DNA from: Pseudomonas sp.
Lineage (GTDB): Bacteria; Pseudomonadota; Gammaproteobacteria; Pseudomonadales; Pseudomonadaceae
Direction: 5' to 3'
NCBI GenBank assembly: GCA_046291745.1
Contig: JBKBSI010000001.1
Location: 1,156-65,155, forward strand
DNA length: 64,000 nt
The translations under genes and the position numbers were made by a program. The notes beneath the pieces are model-generated. The model ran no database searches. It was not told the origin of the DNA and saw only the letters and a program-made list of their open reading frames with translations. Every line of letters begins with the position of its first letter. The stretch's first letter is position 1. Of this stretch, positions 9,580 through 19,481 are shown one piece after another.

Positions 9580-10239
9580 TCAAAGAGCCTGGGGCTCTAG
9601 TTCGACCGAAAGCGCCTGGCGCTCTTGCTCGACCAGATAGTCCGCGACCTTGAGCATCTCGTCGAAGCCGCCGACCATGCTGCCCTCGATTCGGTACTTG
9701 CCGTTGACGATCAGCGTGGGGACGCCAGTGGCGCGGTAGGAGCGGGCCAGGCGCGTAGCCTGATCAAGCTTGCTGCGCACGCCGAAGGAGTTCCAGGCTC
9801 TGGTGAACTGTTCCTCGCTGATGTCGTAGTCGGCCAGCAGCTTGATCATGGCTTTTTCATCGGCCAGGCGGTTGTTGTCATTGTGGATGGCATTGAAGAT
9901 CACCGCGTGGGTTTCATCCAGCTTGCCGAGGCTTTCCACGGTGTAGAACAGTTGCGCGTGGGTATTCCAGGTACCGCCAAACATCGCCGGGACATCACGG
10001 AAATGCACGTCCTCCGGCAGATCCTTCTTCCAGCTGTTGATGATGGGCTCGAACTGGAAACAGTGGCCACAGCCGTACCAGAAGAGTTCGGCGACTTCGA
10101 TCTTGGTCGGATCCTGAGTCGGCGCAGGTGCAGGCAGTTCGACATAGTGCACACCAGCCTGGTAGGTGGTTTCTTCGGCGTGCAGCATGCTAAAGCTGCC
10201 CATCAGCCAGACCAGTACCGCTGTCATCATTACGCGCAT
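9580..10239 (-). CDS. dsbA: thiol:disulfide interchange protein DsbA
   Basis: Signal peptide MRVMMTAVLVWLMGSFSMLHA. Active site WYGCGHCFQFEP. GGAGAG RBS lies before ATG 10239. The track N-terminal extension was discarded. Confidence 0.9.
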   Translation of the reverse strand: MRVMMTAVLVWLMGSFSMLHAEETTYQAGVHYVELPAPAPTQDPTKIEVAELFWYGCGHCFQFEPIINSWKKDLPEDVHFRDVPAMFGGTWNTHAQLFYTVESLGKLDETHAVIFNAIHNDNNRLADEKAMIKLLADYDISEEQFTRAWNSFGVRSKLDQATRLARSYRATGVPTLIVNGKYRIEGSMVGGFDEMLKVADYLVEQERQALSVELEPQAL

Positions 10240-10395
10240 ATTGTTCTCTCCAGAGGGTGTAGTACCGATCATATGACTGCGCACCGGGGAAAAAAATCCC
10301 GCGGGCACAAAAAAGGGTGACTCAAGCCACCCTTTAAGTGAAGCCGGTTGAAACACCCGGCAACATTTGCCTGTTCAGGCGGTAACACTCAGAGC

Positions 10396-11004
10396 CTAGC
10401 GCAGGCCCTGAATATAGTTGGATACCGCTTCGATATCCTGGTTGCTCAGGCGGCTGGCGATAGTACGCATGACCATGCTTTCGCCGTCATTTTCACGCTG
10501 ACCTTCGCGGAACTTGGTCAACTGTGCGGCGGTGTAGGCTGCATGTTGCCCAGCCAGACGTGGAAAACCAGCCGGGTCGTTGCCCTGGCCGGTAGGCGAA
10601 TGGCAGCCGGTGCAGGCTGGCAGGCCGGTTTCCAGGTTGCCACCACGGTAAATGGCTTCGCCACGCTCAGCCAGTTCAGCGTCTGCTACACCCAGAGTCG
10701 GGGTTTGGCTGTTGTAGTAGGCAGCCATGTCACGCAGGTCCTGTTCGTCAGAACCATCCAGCATGCCGGTCATTTCGACAACCACGCGGCGGCCTTCTTT
10801 GATGTCGAGAAGCTGTTTGTAAAGATACTTTTCGCCCAGAGCAGAAAGCTTGGGGAAATTGGGCATGGCGCTGTTGCCATCGGCACCGTGACAGGCAGTA
10901 CACATGGCGACCTTGCCTTGACCGGCTTCAGCATCACCCTGCATAGCATGGGCAGACCCGACCATCCCCAAGGATAACACCAGGCTAACGAGTAATTTAT
11001 TCAT
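10396..11004 (-). CDS. cc4: dihaem cytochrome c4
   Basis: Signal peptide plus two CxxCH haem sites (CTACHG, CTGCHS), each followed by a Met ligand region. 202 aa. Confidence 0.85.
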   Translation of the reverse strand: MNKLLVSLVLSLGMVGSAHAMQGDAEAGQGKVAMCTACHGADGNSAMPNFPKLSALGEKYLYKQLLDIKEGRRVVVEMTGMLDGSDEQDLRDMAAYYNSQTPTLGVADAELAERGEAIYRGGNLETGLPACTGCHSPTGQGNDPAGFPRLAGQHAAYTAAQLTKFREGQRENDGESMVMRTIASRLSNQDIEAVSNYIQGLR

Positions 11005-11283
11005 CGGCTAATCCAATTACGGCTGAAAGTGTGGGCCCTGTCTGTCCGCGGGCCATGGGCCCTGATGGCGGAACAGCATGCCTCGTTTATTCCGCGCCTT
11101 TCAAGTCAACAGTAACGGGCTGGAATCCATCCGTTCATGCTATCTGGGAGGCGCTGGCGACGCAACGTACGGAGTGTCGCACTTAGCTTTCGCGTTACAA
11201 AACCGCAGCAGTATATACTAAGCACATGGCCGAGGTGAATGTCATCCGCCAATCAGACACGCACTGTATACGGATTTTTCCCC

Positions 11284-11958
11284 ATGTCTTCAGCAACACC
11301 TGCAATAAAACACCTGGTTACCCTCTGCCAACAGGCCAGTTTCATCAAGAGCGCGAGCGAAGTGACCCAGTGTCCCCTCGACCGTGGCTACGAGGTGGCC
11401 TTCGCTGGGCGTTCCAATGCCGGCAAGTCCAGCGCCCTGAATACCCTGACCCATGCACGCCTGGCGCGCACCTCGAAAACCCCGGGGCGTACGCAGTTGA
11501 TCAACTTCTTCGGCCTGGATGAGCAACGTCGGCTGGTGGATCTGCCCGGTTATGGCTATGCCAAGGTGCCGTTGGCGCTCAAGGAGCATTGGAAGCAGCA
11601 TCTGGACGCCTACCTGACCGAGCGCAATTCGCTGGTCGGACTGGTACTGGTTATGGATATTCGCCACCCGTTGTCAGATTTTGACCGCATGATGCTCGAG
11701 TGGAGCGATGTCAGCGGCCTGCCCGCGCATATTCTGCTAAGCAAGGCCGACAAGCTGGCCTACGGTGCGGCCAAGAACACCCTGCTCAAGGTGCAAACCA
11801 TAGTGCGCAAGGAATATGGCAACCGGGCTTCAGTGCAGCTGTTTTCTGCGCCCAAGCGCCAGGGAATGGACGAGGCCTATGCGGTGCTCGATAGCTGGTT
11901 GTTTGCCGAGGACCAGTCGGAAGAGGAGCAGGATGAGGGTCAGCAGCCAGAGGAGTAG
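11284..11958 (+). CDS. engB: ribosome biogenesis GTP-binding protein YihA/EngB
   Basis: G1 motif [15 protein letters not shown] and SKADK. It shows conserved synteny with polA. ATG 11284 was chosen. Confidence 0.9.
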   Translation: MSSATPAIKHLVTLCQQASFIKSASEVTQCPLDRGYEVAFAGRSNAGKSSALNTLTHARLARTSKTPGRTQLINFFGLDEQRRLVDLPGYGYAKVPLALKEHWKQHLDAYLTERNSLVGLVLVMDIRHPLSDFDRMMLEWSDVSGLPAHILLSKADKLAYGAAKNTLLKVQTIVRKEYGNRASVQLFSAPKRQGMDEAYAVLDSWLFAEDQSEEEQDEGQQPEE

Positions 11959-11991
11959 GCCGGGATTCAGAGGTCTGCCCGAATAACAGGC

Positions 11992-12122
11992 AAAAAAAAC
12001 CCCGAACTTCTATGGGGAGGGAAAGTTCGAGGTCCAATACACCGGGCGTGCTAGGAGAGTTGCCCGGTATTCTGCCAACACTAAATCACATCTAGGAGCA
12101 TGAAGGGCTTGACTGGCCATTC
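11992..12122 (-). ncRNA. ersA: candidate ErsA / Spot 42-like small RNA
   Basis: About 131 nt lie between a sigmaE/AlgU-like promoter and an intrinsic terminator on the minus strand (CCUCGAACUU-13 nt-AAGUUCGGGG followed by U8, 11992-12034). There is an internal hairpin ACCGGGC/GCCCGGU. The position downstream of polA and convergent with engB matches spf in E. coli and ersA in P. aeruginosa. The 5' end is estimated, not mapped. Confidence 0.5.
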
Positions 12123-12128
12123 ATAGAT

Positions 12129-12157
12129 TCTGACCAGTGCGTTTCCTGAATAGTTCC
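12129..12157 (-). promoter_or_regulatory. sigmaE/AlgU-type promoter candidate (GGAACTA-N17-TCAGA)
   Basis: The minus strand reads GGAACTA (12157-12151), a 17-nt spacer, then TCAGA (12133-12129). The AlgU/RpoE consensus is GAACTT-N16/17-TCTGA. Confidence 0.45.
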
Positions 12158-12219
12158 GTGTCTTTTGAAATAAATTCAAAAACCTTTTCTGCCGCTCTGC
12201 AATAGGCGTTCTAGCCGCC

Positions 12220-15003
12220 TTAATGGGCCTCATCCCAGTTATCTCCGACCCCCACATCAACCACCAGGGGCACATCCAGCTTGGCCGCCGCGGCCATATG
12301 CTCGCGCAGCCCGGCAGACAGCTGCTCGACCTGATCTTCGCGGACTTCCAGTACCAGTTCATCGTGTACCTGCATGATCACCCGTGCATCCAGTTCCGAT
12401 GCAGCCAGCCATTGGTCGACGGTGATCATTGCGCGCTTGATGATATCGGCGGCGGTGCCCTGCATCGGCGCATTGATCGCGGTGCGCTCGGCACCCTTGC
12501 GCAGGTTGGGGTTCTTGGCATGGATATCCGGCAGATACAGTCTGCGGCCGAACAGGGTTTCAACGTAACCCTGGTCGCTAGCCTGGCTGCGGGTGCTTTC
12601 CATATAGGCCAGCACGCCGGGATAGCGGGCGAAGTAAAGGTCGATATAGGCCTGGGCCTCCTTGCGATCCACATCAATCTGTTTGGCCAGGCCAAAGGCG
12701 CTCATGCCGTAGATCAGGCCGAAGTTGATCGCCTTGGCCTTGCGCCGCTGTTCGCCACTAACCTCGTCCAGGGCTACGCCGAATACTTCGGCGGCGGTAG
12801 CGCGGTGCACGTCCAGACCGTCGCGGAAGGCATCCAGCAGGCCCTTGTCCTGGGCCAGATGGGCCATGATGCGCAGCTCGATCTGTGAATAGTCAGCGGC
12901 CACCAGCTTGTAACCGGGAGGCGCGACAAAAGCCTGGCGAATACGGCGACCCTCGGCACTGCGGATCGGGATGTTCTGCAGGTTTGGATCCGAGGAGGAC
13001 AGTCGGCCTGTGGCCGCCACCGCCTGGTGGTAGCTGGTATGGATGCGCCCGGTGCGCGGGTTGATCTGCTCCGGCAGGCGGTCGGTGTAGGTGCTCTTGA
13101 GCTTGCTCAGGGTGCGGTACTGCATCAGCACCTGGGGTAGCTCGTAGCCCTGCTCGGCCAGCTCGGCCAGCACCGCTTCGGCGGTTGAGGGCTGGCCCTT
13201 GGCGGTCTTGGACAGCACTGGCAGGCCCTGCTTTTCATACAGGATGGTGCCCAGTTGCTTGGGCGAGCCAAGATTGAATTCCTCGCCAGCCAGGGCAAAG
13301 GCCTCGCGCTCCAGCGCTATCATCTTCTCGCCCAGCTCGTGGCTCTGCATGCCCAGCAACTTGGCATCGACCAGTGCACCGTAACGCTCAATGCGGGCCA
13401 GCACCGGCACCAGGGGCATTTCGATCTCTTGCAGTACCTTGCTCAGTCCCGGCAGGGCCTGCAGTTTCTGCCACAGGGTCTGGTGCAGCCGCAGGGTAAT
13501 ATCGGCATCCTCGGCGGCATAGGGGCCGGCCTGTTCCAGGGCAATCTGGTCGAAGGTCAGCTGTTTGGCGCCCTTGCCAGCAATATCCTCAAAGTGGATG
13601 GTGCTGTGACCCAGGTAGTTCATCGCCAGGCTGTTCATATCGTGGCGGGTTGCCGTGGCATTCAGCACGTAGGATTCGAGCATGGTGTCGAAGGCCACGC
13701 CCTGCACATCAATGCCGTAGTGCTGCAGTACGTTGATATCGTATTTGGCATGCTGGCCGACCTTGGCCTTGTGCGTGTCTTCGAGCAGTGGCTTGAGTGC
13801 GGCCAGCACCCTATCGCGATCAAGCTGATCAGGCACACCCATATAGCTATGCGCCACCGGGATATAAGCCGCTTCGTGGCTGCTGACTGCGAAGGACAGC
13901 CCCACCAGTTCGGCTTTCTGCGCGTGAATGCTGGTGGTTTCGGTATCGAAGGCGAACAGTTCGGCGGCCTTGAGCTTGTCCAGCCAGCGGTCAAAGTCGG
14001 CCTGTTCGAGAATCACTTCATAGCGGATTTCGGCCTCGGCAGTAGCAGTCGAGGCCTCTGTAGCTTCCTCTTGCTCGGCTCCTGGATCGGCGTTCTGCGC
14101 GGATTGCTGGGCCTGGGCCTTGTTTTCGCGCATCAGATCCTCAAGCCAGCCCTTGAACTCCAGTTCCGCGTACAGCTCCATCAGGGCGGCGTTGTCTGGT
14201 TTGCCGGGCATCAGCGCATCGACCTTGATATCCAGTTCGACATCGATCTTGATGGTCGCCAACTGGTAGGACAGGTAGGCCATTTCCTTGTGTTCCAGCA
14301 GCTTCTCCGGCAGCTTCTTGGCACCGCGGATGGCCAGCTCCGGCACCTTGTCGAGATTGGCGTAGATCTTGTCCAGTCCGCCGCCGATGCCGGTAATCAG
14401 GCCAGAGGCGGTTTTCTCGCCGACGCCTGGTACGCCGGGAATGTTGTCGGATTTGTCGCCCATCAGTGCGAGAAAATCGATGATGCACTCTGGACCCACG
14501 CCGAACTTCTCGTGCACGCCGGGGATATCCAGGACCGTGCCGCTCATGGTGTTGACCAGGGTAATGTGCTCGTCGACCAGTTGCGCCATGTCCTTGTCGC
14601 CGGTGGAAATCACCACCGGGCAACCTGCTGCGGCGCTCTGCCGGGCCAGGGTGCCGATCACATCGTCGGCTTCCACGCCATCGACACAGAGCAATGGCAG
14701 GCCCAGTGCCCTGACGCTGGCATGCAGGGGTTCGATCTGCACGCGCAGATCGTCGGGCATCGGTGGGCGCTGGGCTTTGTAGTCTTCGAACAGCTCGTCC
14801 CTGAAGGTCTTGCCCTTGGCATCAAAAACCACCGCAAAGGCGCTTTTGGGGTACTGGCGGCGCAGACTCTTGAGCATGTTCAGCACGCCCTTGACCGCGC
14901 CAGTGGGCATGCCCTTGGTGGTGGTCAGGGGCGGCAGGGCGTGGAATGCCCGGTATAAATAGGATGAACCATCAACCAGGATCAGGGGGGCTTTTTCAGT
15001 CAT
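12220..15003 (-). CDS. polA: DNA polymerase I
   Basis: 927 aa, with a 5'-3' exonuclease N-terminus, a 3'-5' exonuclease domain (FDTETTS) and polymerase motifs ([15 protein letters not shown]). Confidence 0.98.
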   Translation of the reverse strand: MTEKAPLILVDGSSYLYRAFHALPPLTTTKGMPTGAVKGVLNMLKSLRRQYPKSAFAVVFDAKGKTFRDELFEDYKAQRPPMPDDLRVQIEPLHASVRALGLPLLCVDGVEADDVIGTLARQSAAAGCPVVISTGDKDMAQLVDEHITLVNTMSGTVLDIPGVHEKFGVGPECIIDFLALMGDKSDNIPGVPGVGEKTASGLITGIGGGLDKIYANLDKVPELAIRGAKKLPEKLLEHKEMAYLSYQLATIKIDVELDIKVDALMPGKPDNAALMELYAELEFKGWLEDLMRENKAQAQQSAQNADPGAEQEEATEASTATAEAEIRYEVILEQADFDRWLDKLKAAELFAFDTETTSIHAQKAELVGLSFAVSSHEAAYIPVAHSYMGVPDQLDRDRVLAALKPLLEDTHKAKVGQHAKYDINVLQHYGIDVQGVAFDTMLESYVLNATATRHDMNSLAMNYLGHSTIHFEDIAGKGAKQLTFDQIALEQAGPYAAEDADITLRLHQTLWQKLQALPGLSKVLQEIEMPLVPVLARIERYGALVDAKLLGMQSHELGEKMIALEREAFALAGEEFNLGSPKQLGTILYEKQGLPVLSKTAKGQPSTAEAVLAELAEQGYELPQVLMQYRTLSKLKSTYTDRLPEQINPRTGRIHTSYHQAVAATGRLSSSDPNLQNIPIRSAEGRRIRQAFVAPPGYKLVAADYSQIELRIMAHLAQDKGLLDAFRDGLDVHRATAAEVFGVALDEVSGEQRRKAKAINFGLIYGMSAFGLAKQIDVDRKEAQAYIDLYFARYPGVLAYMESTRSQASDQGYVETLFGRRLYLPDIHAKNPNLRKGAERTAINAPMQGTAADIIKRAMITVDQWLAASELDARVIMQVHDELVLEVREDQVEQLSAGLREHMAAAAKLDVPLVVDVGVGDNWDEAH

Positions 15004-15076
15004 GCGTCAGATCAACATATCCATGGGTAAAAAGGACTAGAATAAGAACATCACACCAGCATAGGACAAGACTACC

Positions 15077-15364
15077 ATGATACGCATTCACGGCCGCAGC
15101 TTGGCGGCACTCGGCCTCGCCCTGGCAGTCAGTCTTAGTGCCCTGGCTCAGGAGGTTACCGGTGAGCCGGATGTGGTGATCCGCCAGGAGGGTGATCGCA
15201 TGGTGGAGGAGTACCGCGTCAATGGCTTCCTCTATGCCATCAAGGTCACGCCGAAAAATGGCCCGCCCTATTACCTGGTGGCCATCGATGACGAGGGTAA
15301 CTTTGCCCGCTCTGATCAACCGGAGGGTATGCGCATCCCGTCCTGGAAAATCTTTGAGTGGTAG
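15077..15364 (+). CDS. DUF2782 family secreted protein
   Basis: 95 aa with a signal peptide (ALA-QE). It holds a conserved position between polA and thrB in pseudomonads. Family assignment is from recollection. Confidence 0.65.
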   Translation: MIRIHGRSLAALGLALAVSLSALAQEVTGEPDVVIRQEGDRMVEEYRVNGFLYAIKVTPKNGPPYYLVAIDDEGNFARSDQPEGMRIPSWKIFEW

Positions 15365-15373
15365 GGGCGGTTA

Positions 15374-16327
15374 ATGTCTGTTTTTACCGAGGTCAGCCGT
15401 ACCGAGCTGGAAGATTTTGTGCGGGGTTACGATCTCGGTCGCCTGTTGAGCTATCAGGGCATCAGCGCCGGTAGCGAAAACAGCAACTTCTTTGTCAGTT
15501 GTGAAGGCGGCGAGTTTGTGCTGACTCTGGTCGAGCGCGGCCCGGTCGCCGATCTGCCATTTTTTATCCAGTTGCTGGAGCGCCTGCAGGCCGATGGTCT
15601 GCCGGTACCCTTTGCCGTGCCCGATCGCCAGGGCCAGGCGCTGCAAAGTCTCAATGGCCGTCCCGCTCTGCTGCAACCACGCCTGCCTGGCAAGCACATA
15701 GCCGAGCCCGATGCCAGTCACTGCAAGGCTGTGGGCCAGACCCTTGCGCGCTTGCATAACAGCACCGAATCAAGTGGCCTGCAGCGCAACAGTGACAGGG
15801 GGCTGGCGTGGATGGACAAGCAGCTTGCGCAGTTGTTTGGCCACTGCAGCGTTGAACAACAGGCGTTACTCGCGCCGTTGCAGTCGCTGCTGGAGAACTG
15901 GCTGCAAAATCCGCCACAGTTAGCGCAAACGGTGCTGCATGCCGACCTGTTTCGCGACAATGTACTGTTCGACGGCCACCATCTAAGCGGCGTGATCGAC
16001 TTCTACAACGCCGCCAGCGGCTGGACGCTCTACGATGTCGCCATCTGCGTCAACGACTGGTGTTTGAATCCGCAACAACAGCTCCACCCGGAACGCACCC
16101 AGGCCCTGCTCGCAGGCTACGCCAGCATTCGCCGCTTTACCCCCGCCGAGGCAGAGCACTGGCCGGATATGCTGCGTCTGGCGGCATTGCGTTTCTGGTT
16201 GTCGCGGCGGTTGGCGGCGCAGCAGCACGAGGGCCAGAGCGGGGTGCTGATCAAGGAGCCTGAGCATTTTTTGCGGGTGCTGGCGCAGCATGAGAGGGTG
16301 AGTATCGGGCTGCCGCTGGCATTGTGA
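15374..16327 (+). CDS. thrB: homoserine kinase (APH-fold, Pseudomonas type)
   Basis: 317 aa with the phosphotransferase motif LHADLFRDNVLF and GVIDFY. Confidence 0.85.
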   Translation: MSVFTEVSRTELEDFVRGYDLGRLLSYQGISAGSENSNFFVSCEGGEFVLTLVERGPVADLPFFIQLLERLQADGLPVPFAVPDRQGQALQSLNGRPALLQPRLPGKHIAEPDASHCKAVGQTLARLHNSTESSGLQRNSDRGLAWMDKQLAQLFGHCSVEQQALLAPLQSLLENWLQNPPQLAQTVLHADLFRDNVLFDGHHLSGVIDFYNAASGWTLYDVAICVNDWCLNPQQQLHPERTQALLAGYASIRRFTPAEAEHWPDMLRLAALRFWLSRRLAAQQHEGQSGVLIKEPEHFLRVLAQHERVSIGLPLAL

Positions 16328-16330
16328 GGG

Positions 16331-16520
16331 GTTGTTCGCGGTCAAGGGCTGGCCGCCCCGCTCCACAGGGCTCGGAATGGGTTTGGTGGGAGCGGCGGCC
16401 GCGCCGCGAAGCGGTCTAAACCCATCGCCGCGAGGCCGCGGCTCCCACCGGTTTGGTGTAGGGGCCACGAACCTTGATAATATCCCCACCCCTGGTAGGA
16501 GCGGGCTTGACCGCGAAAGG
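16331..16520. repeat. cluster of REP (repetitive extragenic palindromic) units
   Basis: Four or more units of the GT(G/A)GGAGCG...GCGAA type alternate in orientation (about 16335-16367 rev, 16385-16414 fwd, 16424-16451 rev, 16494-16520 fwd). The middle pair forms a long imperfect hairpin. The cluster sits between the convergent thrB and ROK kinase genes. Confidence 0.7.
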
Positions 16521-16522
16521 GG

Positions 16523-17425
16523 TTACCCCGGCCACAACCAAGCCGCTCCCCTGACCCCGCTGGCATCCCCATGCACTGCCGGCACCACCGGCGTGGTAAA
16601 GCAATCCGAAAACACGTATGCGGGCAGGCGTTGCTGCAATTCGGGATACAGACCATCCAGCCGGGACATGCCTCCGCCCAGCACCACCACATCCGGGTCC
16701 AGTACGTTGATAACGCTGGCCAGCGCTCGGGCCAGGCGGTCGTAATAGCGTTCCAGGCTGGCCAGCGCCTGCGGGTTGCCCTGGGCAGCTGCGCGGGTGA
16801 CCTCCAAAGCGCTCAGGCTTTCCCCGCTCTGTAGCTGATGGTCACGGGCCAGGCCGGTGCCGGAGACGAAGGTTTCGATACAGCCGCTCTTACCGCAGAA
16901 ACACGCGGGGCCGGGCTGTTCGGCAGCTGTCGGCCAGGGCAAAGGGTTGTGGCCCCATTCCCCGGCTATGGCGTTGCGCCCTTCGCGTACACGCTGGTTG
17001 ATCACCACCCCGCCCCCGGTGCCGGTACCGATAATTACACCGAACACCACCTCGGCACCGCGTCCGGCGCCGTCGATGGCTTCGGACAGGGCGAAACAGT
17101 TGGCGTCGTTGGCCAGGCGTATTTCTCGCTGCAGGGCGCTGCCGAGATCGTGCTGAAAAGCTTTGCCGTTAAGGCTCTGGGTATTGGCGTTGCGCATCAG
17201 CCCGCTGGCCGGGGAAGGTGAGCCGGGCGCGCCTATGCCGATGCACGCCGTCACGCCCAGTTGCTGTTCGGCTGCAGTTATCAGTTCGACAAGCCGGGCA
17301 ATCAGCGCTTGGTAGTCATGTGCGGGGGTGGGTATGCGCTGTCGATAGCACTCCTTGCCCTGGGCATCGAGCGCTACTATTTCGGTCTTGGTGCCGCCCA
17401 GATCTATGCCGATACGTACTGTCAT
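16523..17425 (-). CDS. ROK family sugar kinase (N-acetylglucosamine kinase / glucokinase-like)
   Basis: GIDLGGTK ATP-binding motif, ROK zinc motif CFCGKSGCIE and GHNP. Start at MTVRIG (17425) with a GGGGAG RBS. Confidence 0.75.
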   Translation of the reverse strand: MTVRIGIDLGGTKTEIVALDAQGKECYRQRIPTPAHDYQALIARLVELITAAEQQLGVTACIGIGAPGSPSPASGLMRNANTQSLNGKAFQHDLGSALQREIRLANDANCFALSEAIDGAGRGAEVVFGVIIGTGTGGGVVINQRVREGRNAIAGEWGHNPLPWPTAAEQPGPACFCGKSGCIETFVSGTGLARDHQLQSGESLSALEVTRAAAQGNPQALASLERYYDRLARALASVINVLDPDVVVLGGGMSRLDGLYPELQQRLPAYVFSDCFTTPVVPAVHGDASGVRGAAWLWPG

Positions 17426-17577
17426 GCTGCTCCCCAGATAAGGCCGTCTTGCCCATTCTGCCCTGTCGGGTCGGGCAAACAAAGCGATGTGAAGCAGGCC
17501 GCGGCTATGCTTCAGGCAAGATGCGGTGGCAGAGGATTTCGATTAGAGTCAGCGGCCAGCCCGGAGCCGGAACGCCC

Positions 17578-17862
17578 ATGCAATTACCCGAGTTTATTCC
17601 CTTCGACGGCAGCCAGACCCTGAGTCTGCGCCAGATTGACCAGCTCAATGGTCTGGCCAAGGGCGCCACTTTCCGCCTGTTCAAGGCGCACCGCCAGCAA
17701 TTGCAGGAAGGCCAGGACTACTTCCATCTGCCCGCCGACGAGCATGGCGAGCTGATCGAGCAGCTCAAGGCCAGCGGCCAGGTCTATGCTACCAGCGTGC
17801 ACCTGCTACTGTTCACCCGCCAGGGCTATGAACATTTACAGGCGCTGGCTAAGGTTGAATAA
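17578..17862 (+). CDS. hypothetical protein (94 aa)
   Basis: This is the only part of track ORF 17218-17862 that does not overlap the ROK kinase gene. The ATG at 17578 gives MQLPEFIPFDG. No recognisable motifs. Confidence 0.4.
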   Translation: MQLPEFIPFDGSQTLSLRQIDQLNGLAKGATFRLFKAHRQQLQEGQDYFHLPADEHGELIEQLKASGQVYATSVHLLLFTRQGYEHLQALAKVE

Positions 17863-17891
17863 ACCTCTGGCTGATTATGGCAGGAAGGGCT

Positions 17892-18830
17892 TCAGAGCTT
17901 TTCCAGGCAGTTGGCAAGGTTCTCGGTGAGGGCCAGCAGAGCCTGCTCGTAACCTTTTGCCGATACTGGCGTATCGCCTCCCAGCGGGTCCAGCTCACCC
18001 TGCTCTACCCGTAGCCCCTGGGTCAGGCTATTGATCAGCCGTGGGGTGAACTGTGGCTCGCTGAACACGCAGCTGGGCTGCGCGGCCTGCAGTTGTTGGC
18101 GCAGCAGGTTAACGTGGCGAGCGCCGGGCTGAACCTCATGGGACAGACTGAAGATAGCCCTGGGACGTACCCCGTAGTGATCCTCGTAATATCCGTAACC
18201 GTCATGGAAGACAAAATAGGCTTTCTCGCTCAGCGGCTGCAGTCGCTGCTTGATCTGCGCATCGAGCGCGGCCAGCCGCTCGGCAAAGGTAGCGCTGTTA
18301 TCCAGTAGCTGTTGCTGTTGATCAGGAAACAGGCTGGCCAGGTCCTCGGCCATGAATTGCGCGATCTGTATGGCATTCTCCGGTGACAGCCAGATATGCG
18401 CATCCAGAGCGCCTTCTTCATGCTGGTGATCGTGGCCGTGCTCATGCCCGTGCTTGCGGCTGCTGCTCTGGTGCTGAAAGTTCAGTGATTGCAGTTGGGC
18501 TCTTACCGTCATCTGCGGCAGGTGCAGCAGCGAGCGGTCATTATCCTGGCGCGCCAGTATTTCCTGTAGAAAGCGCTCCAGCTCAGGGCCCACCCAGTAG
18601 ATACGTTCGGCCTGCAACAAGGCCTGGCGGTCCGAGGGCCGCAAGGCATACTTATGCGGTGAGGCGCCGGGCGAGAGCAGCAGCCCAGGTTCATCAACAC
18701 CGTCCATCACAGCGGCGGCGATCTGCTGCAGGGGCTTGATGGTGGTCAACACCTTCGGGGTGCTAGCTAAAGCAGAGAAGGTCATGCCCAGACCCAGTAT
18801 CAGGGTGAGCAGTGAGCGGAACAGCATCAT
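17892..18830 (-). CDS. znuA: zinc ABC transporter substrate-binding protein ZnuA
   Basis: Signal peptide MMLFRSLLTLILGLGMTFSALA and a His/Asp/Glu-rich loop KHGHEHGHDHQHEEG. It lies divergent from zur-znuCB. Confidence 0.9.
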   Translation of the reverse strand: MMLFRSLLTLILGLGMTFSALASTPKVLTTIKPLQQIAAAVMDGVDEPGLLLSPGASPHKYALRPSDRQALLQAERIYWVGPELERFLQEILARQDNDRSLLHLPQMTVRAQLQSLNFQHQSSSRKHGHEHGHDHQHEEGALDAHIWLSPENAIQIAQFMAEDLASLFPDQQQQLLDNSATFAERLAALDAQIKQRLQPLSEKAYFVFHDGYGYYEDHYGVRPRAIFSLSHEVQPGARHVNLLRQQLQAAQPSCVFSEPQFTPRLINSLTQGLRVEQGELDPLGGDTPVSAKGYEQALLALTENLANCLEKL

Positions 18831-18852
18831 CAGATCTCCGACTTTGAGGGCG

Positions 18853-18872
18853 ATATAGCATAACATTATTGC
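18853..18872. promoter_or_regulatory. Zur-box-like site upstream of znuA
   Basis: ATATAGCATAACATTATTGC contains the ATAACAT half-site of the Zur consensus (TGTTATnnATAACA type). It lies 23 nt upstream of the znuA start. Confidence 0.45.
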
Positions 18873-18929
18873 GCTACGCACGGAGCCCTTGCTCGCTGGA
18901 ACAGGCTCTGGATGCTCTGGGGCGTCAAC

Positions 18930-18945
18930 TGTAATATGATAACAG
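18930..18945. promoter_or_regulatory. Zur box candidate upstream of zur-znuCB
   Basis: TGTAATATGATAACAG is a near-palindrome: TGTAAT / ATAACA, one mismatch from TGTTAT / ATAACA. It lies 42 nt upstream of the zur ATG. Confidence 0.55.
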
Positions 18946-18986
18946 TCTTCTGCCGCTGCCCAGACTCACCCCCAAGGTGCCTCTTC

Positions 18987-19481
18987 ATGACCGACCACTG
19001 CCATCCGAGCGACCCGCATCAGCCCCATGACCACAGTGCCTGCGTGGAAGGTGCGCTTGCTTCTGCCGAGCACCTTTGCGAGCAGGCCGGGGTGCGCTTC
19101 ACCGCCCTGCGCAAGCGGGTACTTGAGCTGGTATGGGAGAGTCACAAGCCGCTGGGCGCCTACGACATTCTCGACACCCTGGCCCGCGAGGATGGTCGTC
19201 GTGCCGCGCCGCCGACGGTCTACCGGGCGCTGGATTTTCTGCTTGAGCAGGGGCTGGTACACCGCATTGCCTCCCTGAATGCCTTTATCGGATGCTCCGC
19301 GCCTGAGCACAGCCACCAGGGTCAGTTTCTGATTTGCCGTCAGTGCCACATCGCCATCGAGCTGGACAATAGCCGGATTCATGCGGCCATTGCCGACAGT
19401 GCCTCTGCCTCAGGCTTTGCCGTAGAGACTGAGACCGTGGAAATCACCGGCCTTTGCGCCCAGTGCCAGGCTCAGGCATGA
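18987..19481 (+). CDS. zur: zinc uptake regulator Zur (Fur family)
   Basis: Fur-family winged helix ([17 protein letters not shown]), CxxC pairs (CRQC, CAQC) and a His-rich N-terminus. The stop overlaps the znuC start. Confidence 0.85.
   Translation: MTDHCHPSDPHQPHDHSACVEGALASAEHLCEQAGVRFTALRKRVLELVWESHKPLGAYDILDTLAREDGRRAAPPTVYRALDFLLEQGLVHRIASLNAFIGCSAPEHSHQGQFLICRQCHIAIELDNSRIHAAIADSASASGFAVETETVEITGLCAQCQAQA

Noticed and set aside
12081-12362. 93-aa minus-strand ORF at the polA 3' end
   Set aside because: It overlaps the polA C-terminus out of frame and runs into the proposed sRNA promoter. It has no independent support.
13255-14958. 567-aa plus-strand ORF
   Set aside because: It lies entirely antisense to polA. 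The composition is Gln/Gly/His/Leu-rich, as is typical of shadow frames in high-GC genes. No motifs.
16332-16745. 137-aa plus-strand ORF and overlapping minus-strand ORFs across 16342-16692
   Set aside because: They run through the REP cluster and into the 3' end of the ROK kinase gene. These are repeat-derived open frames, not genes.
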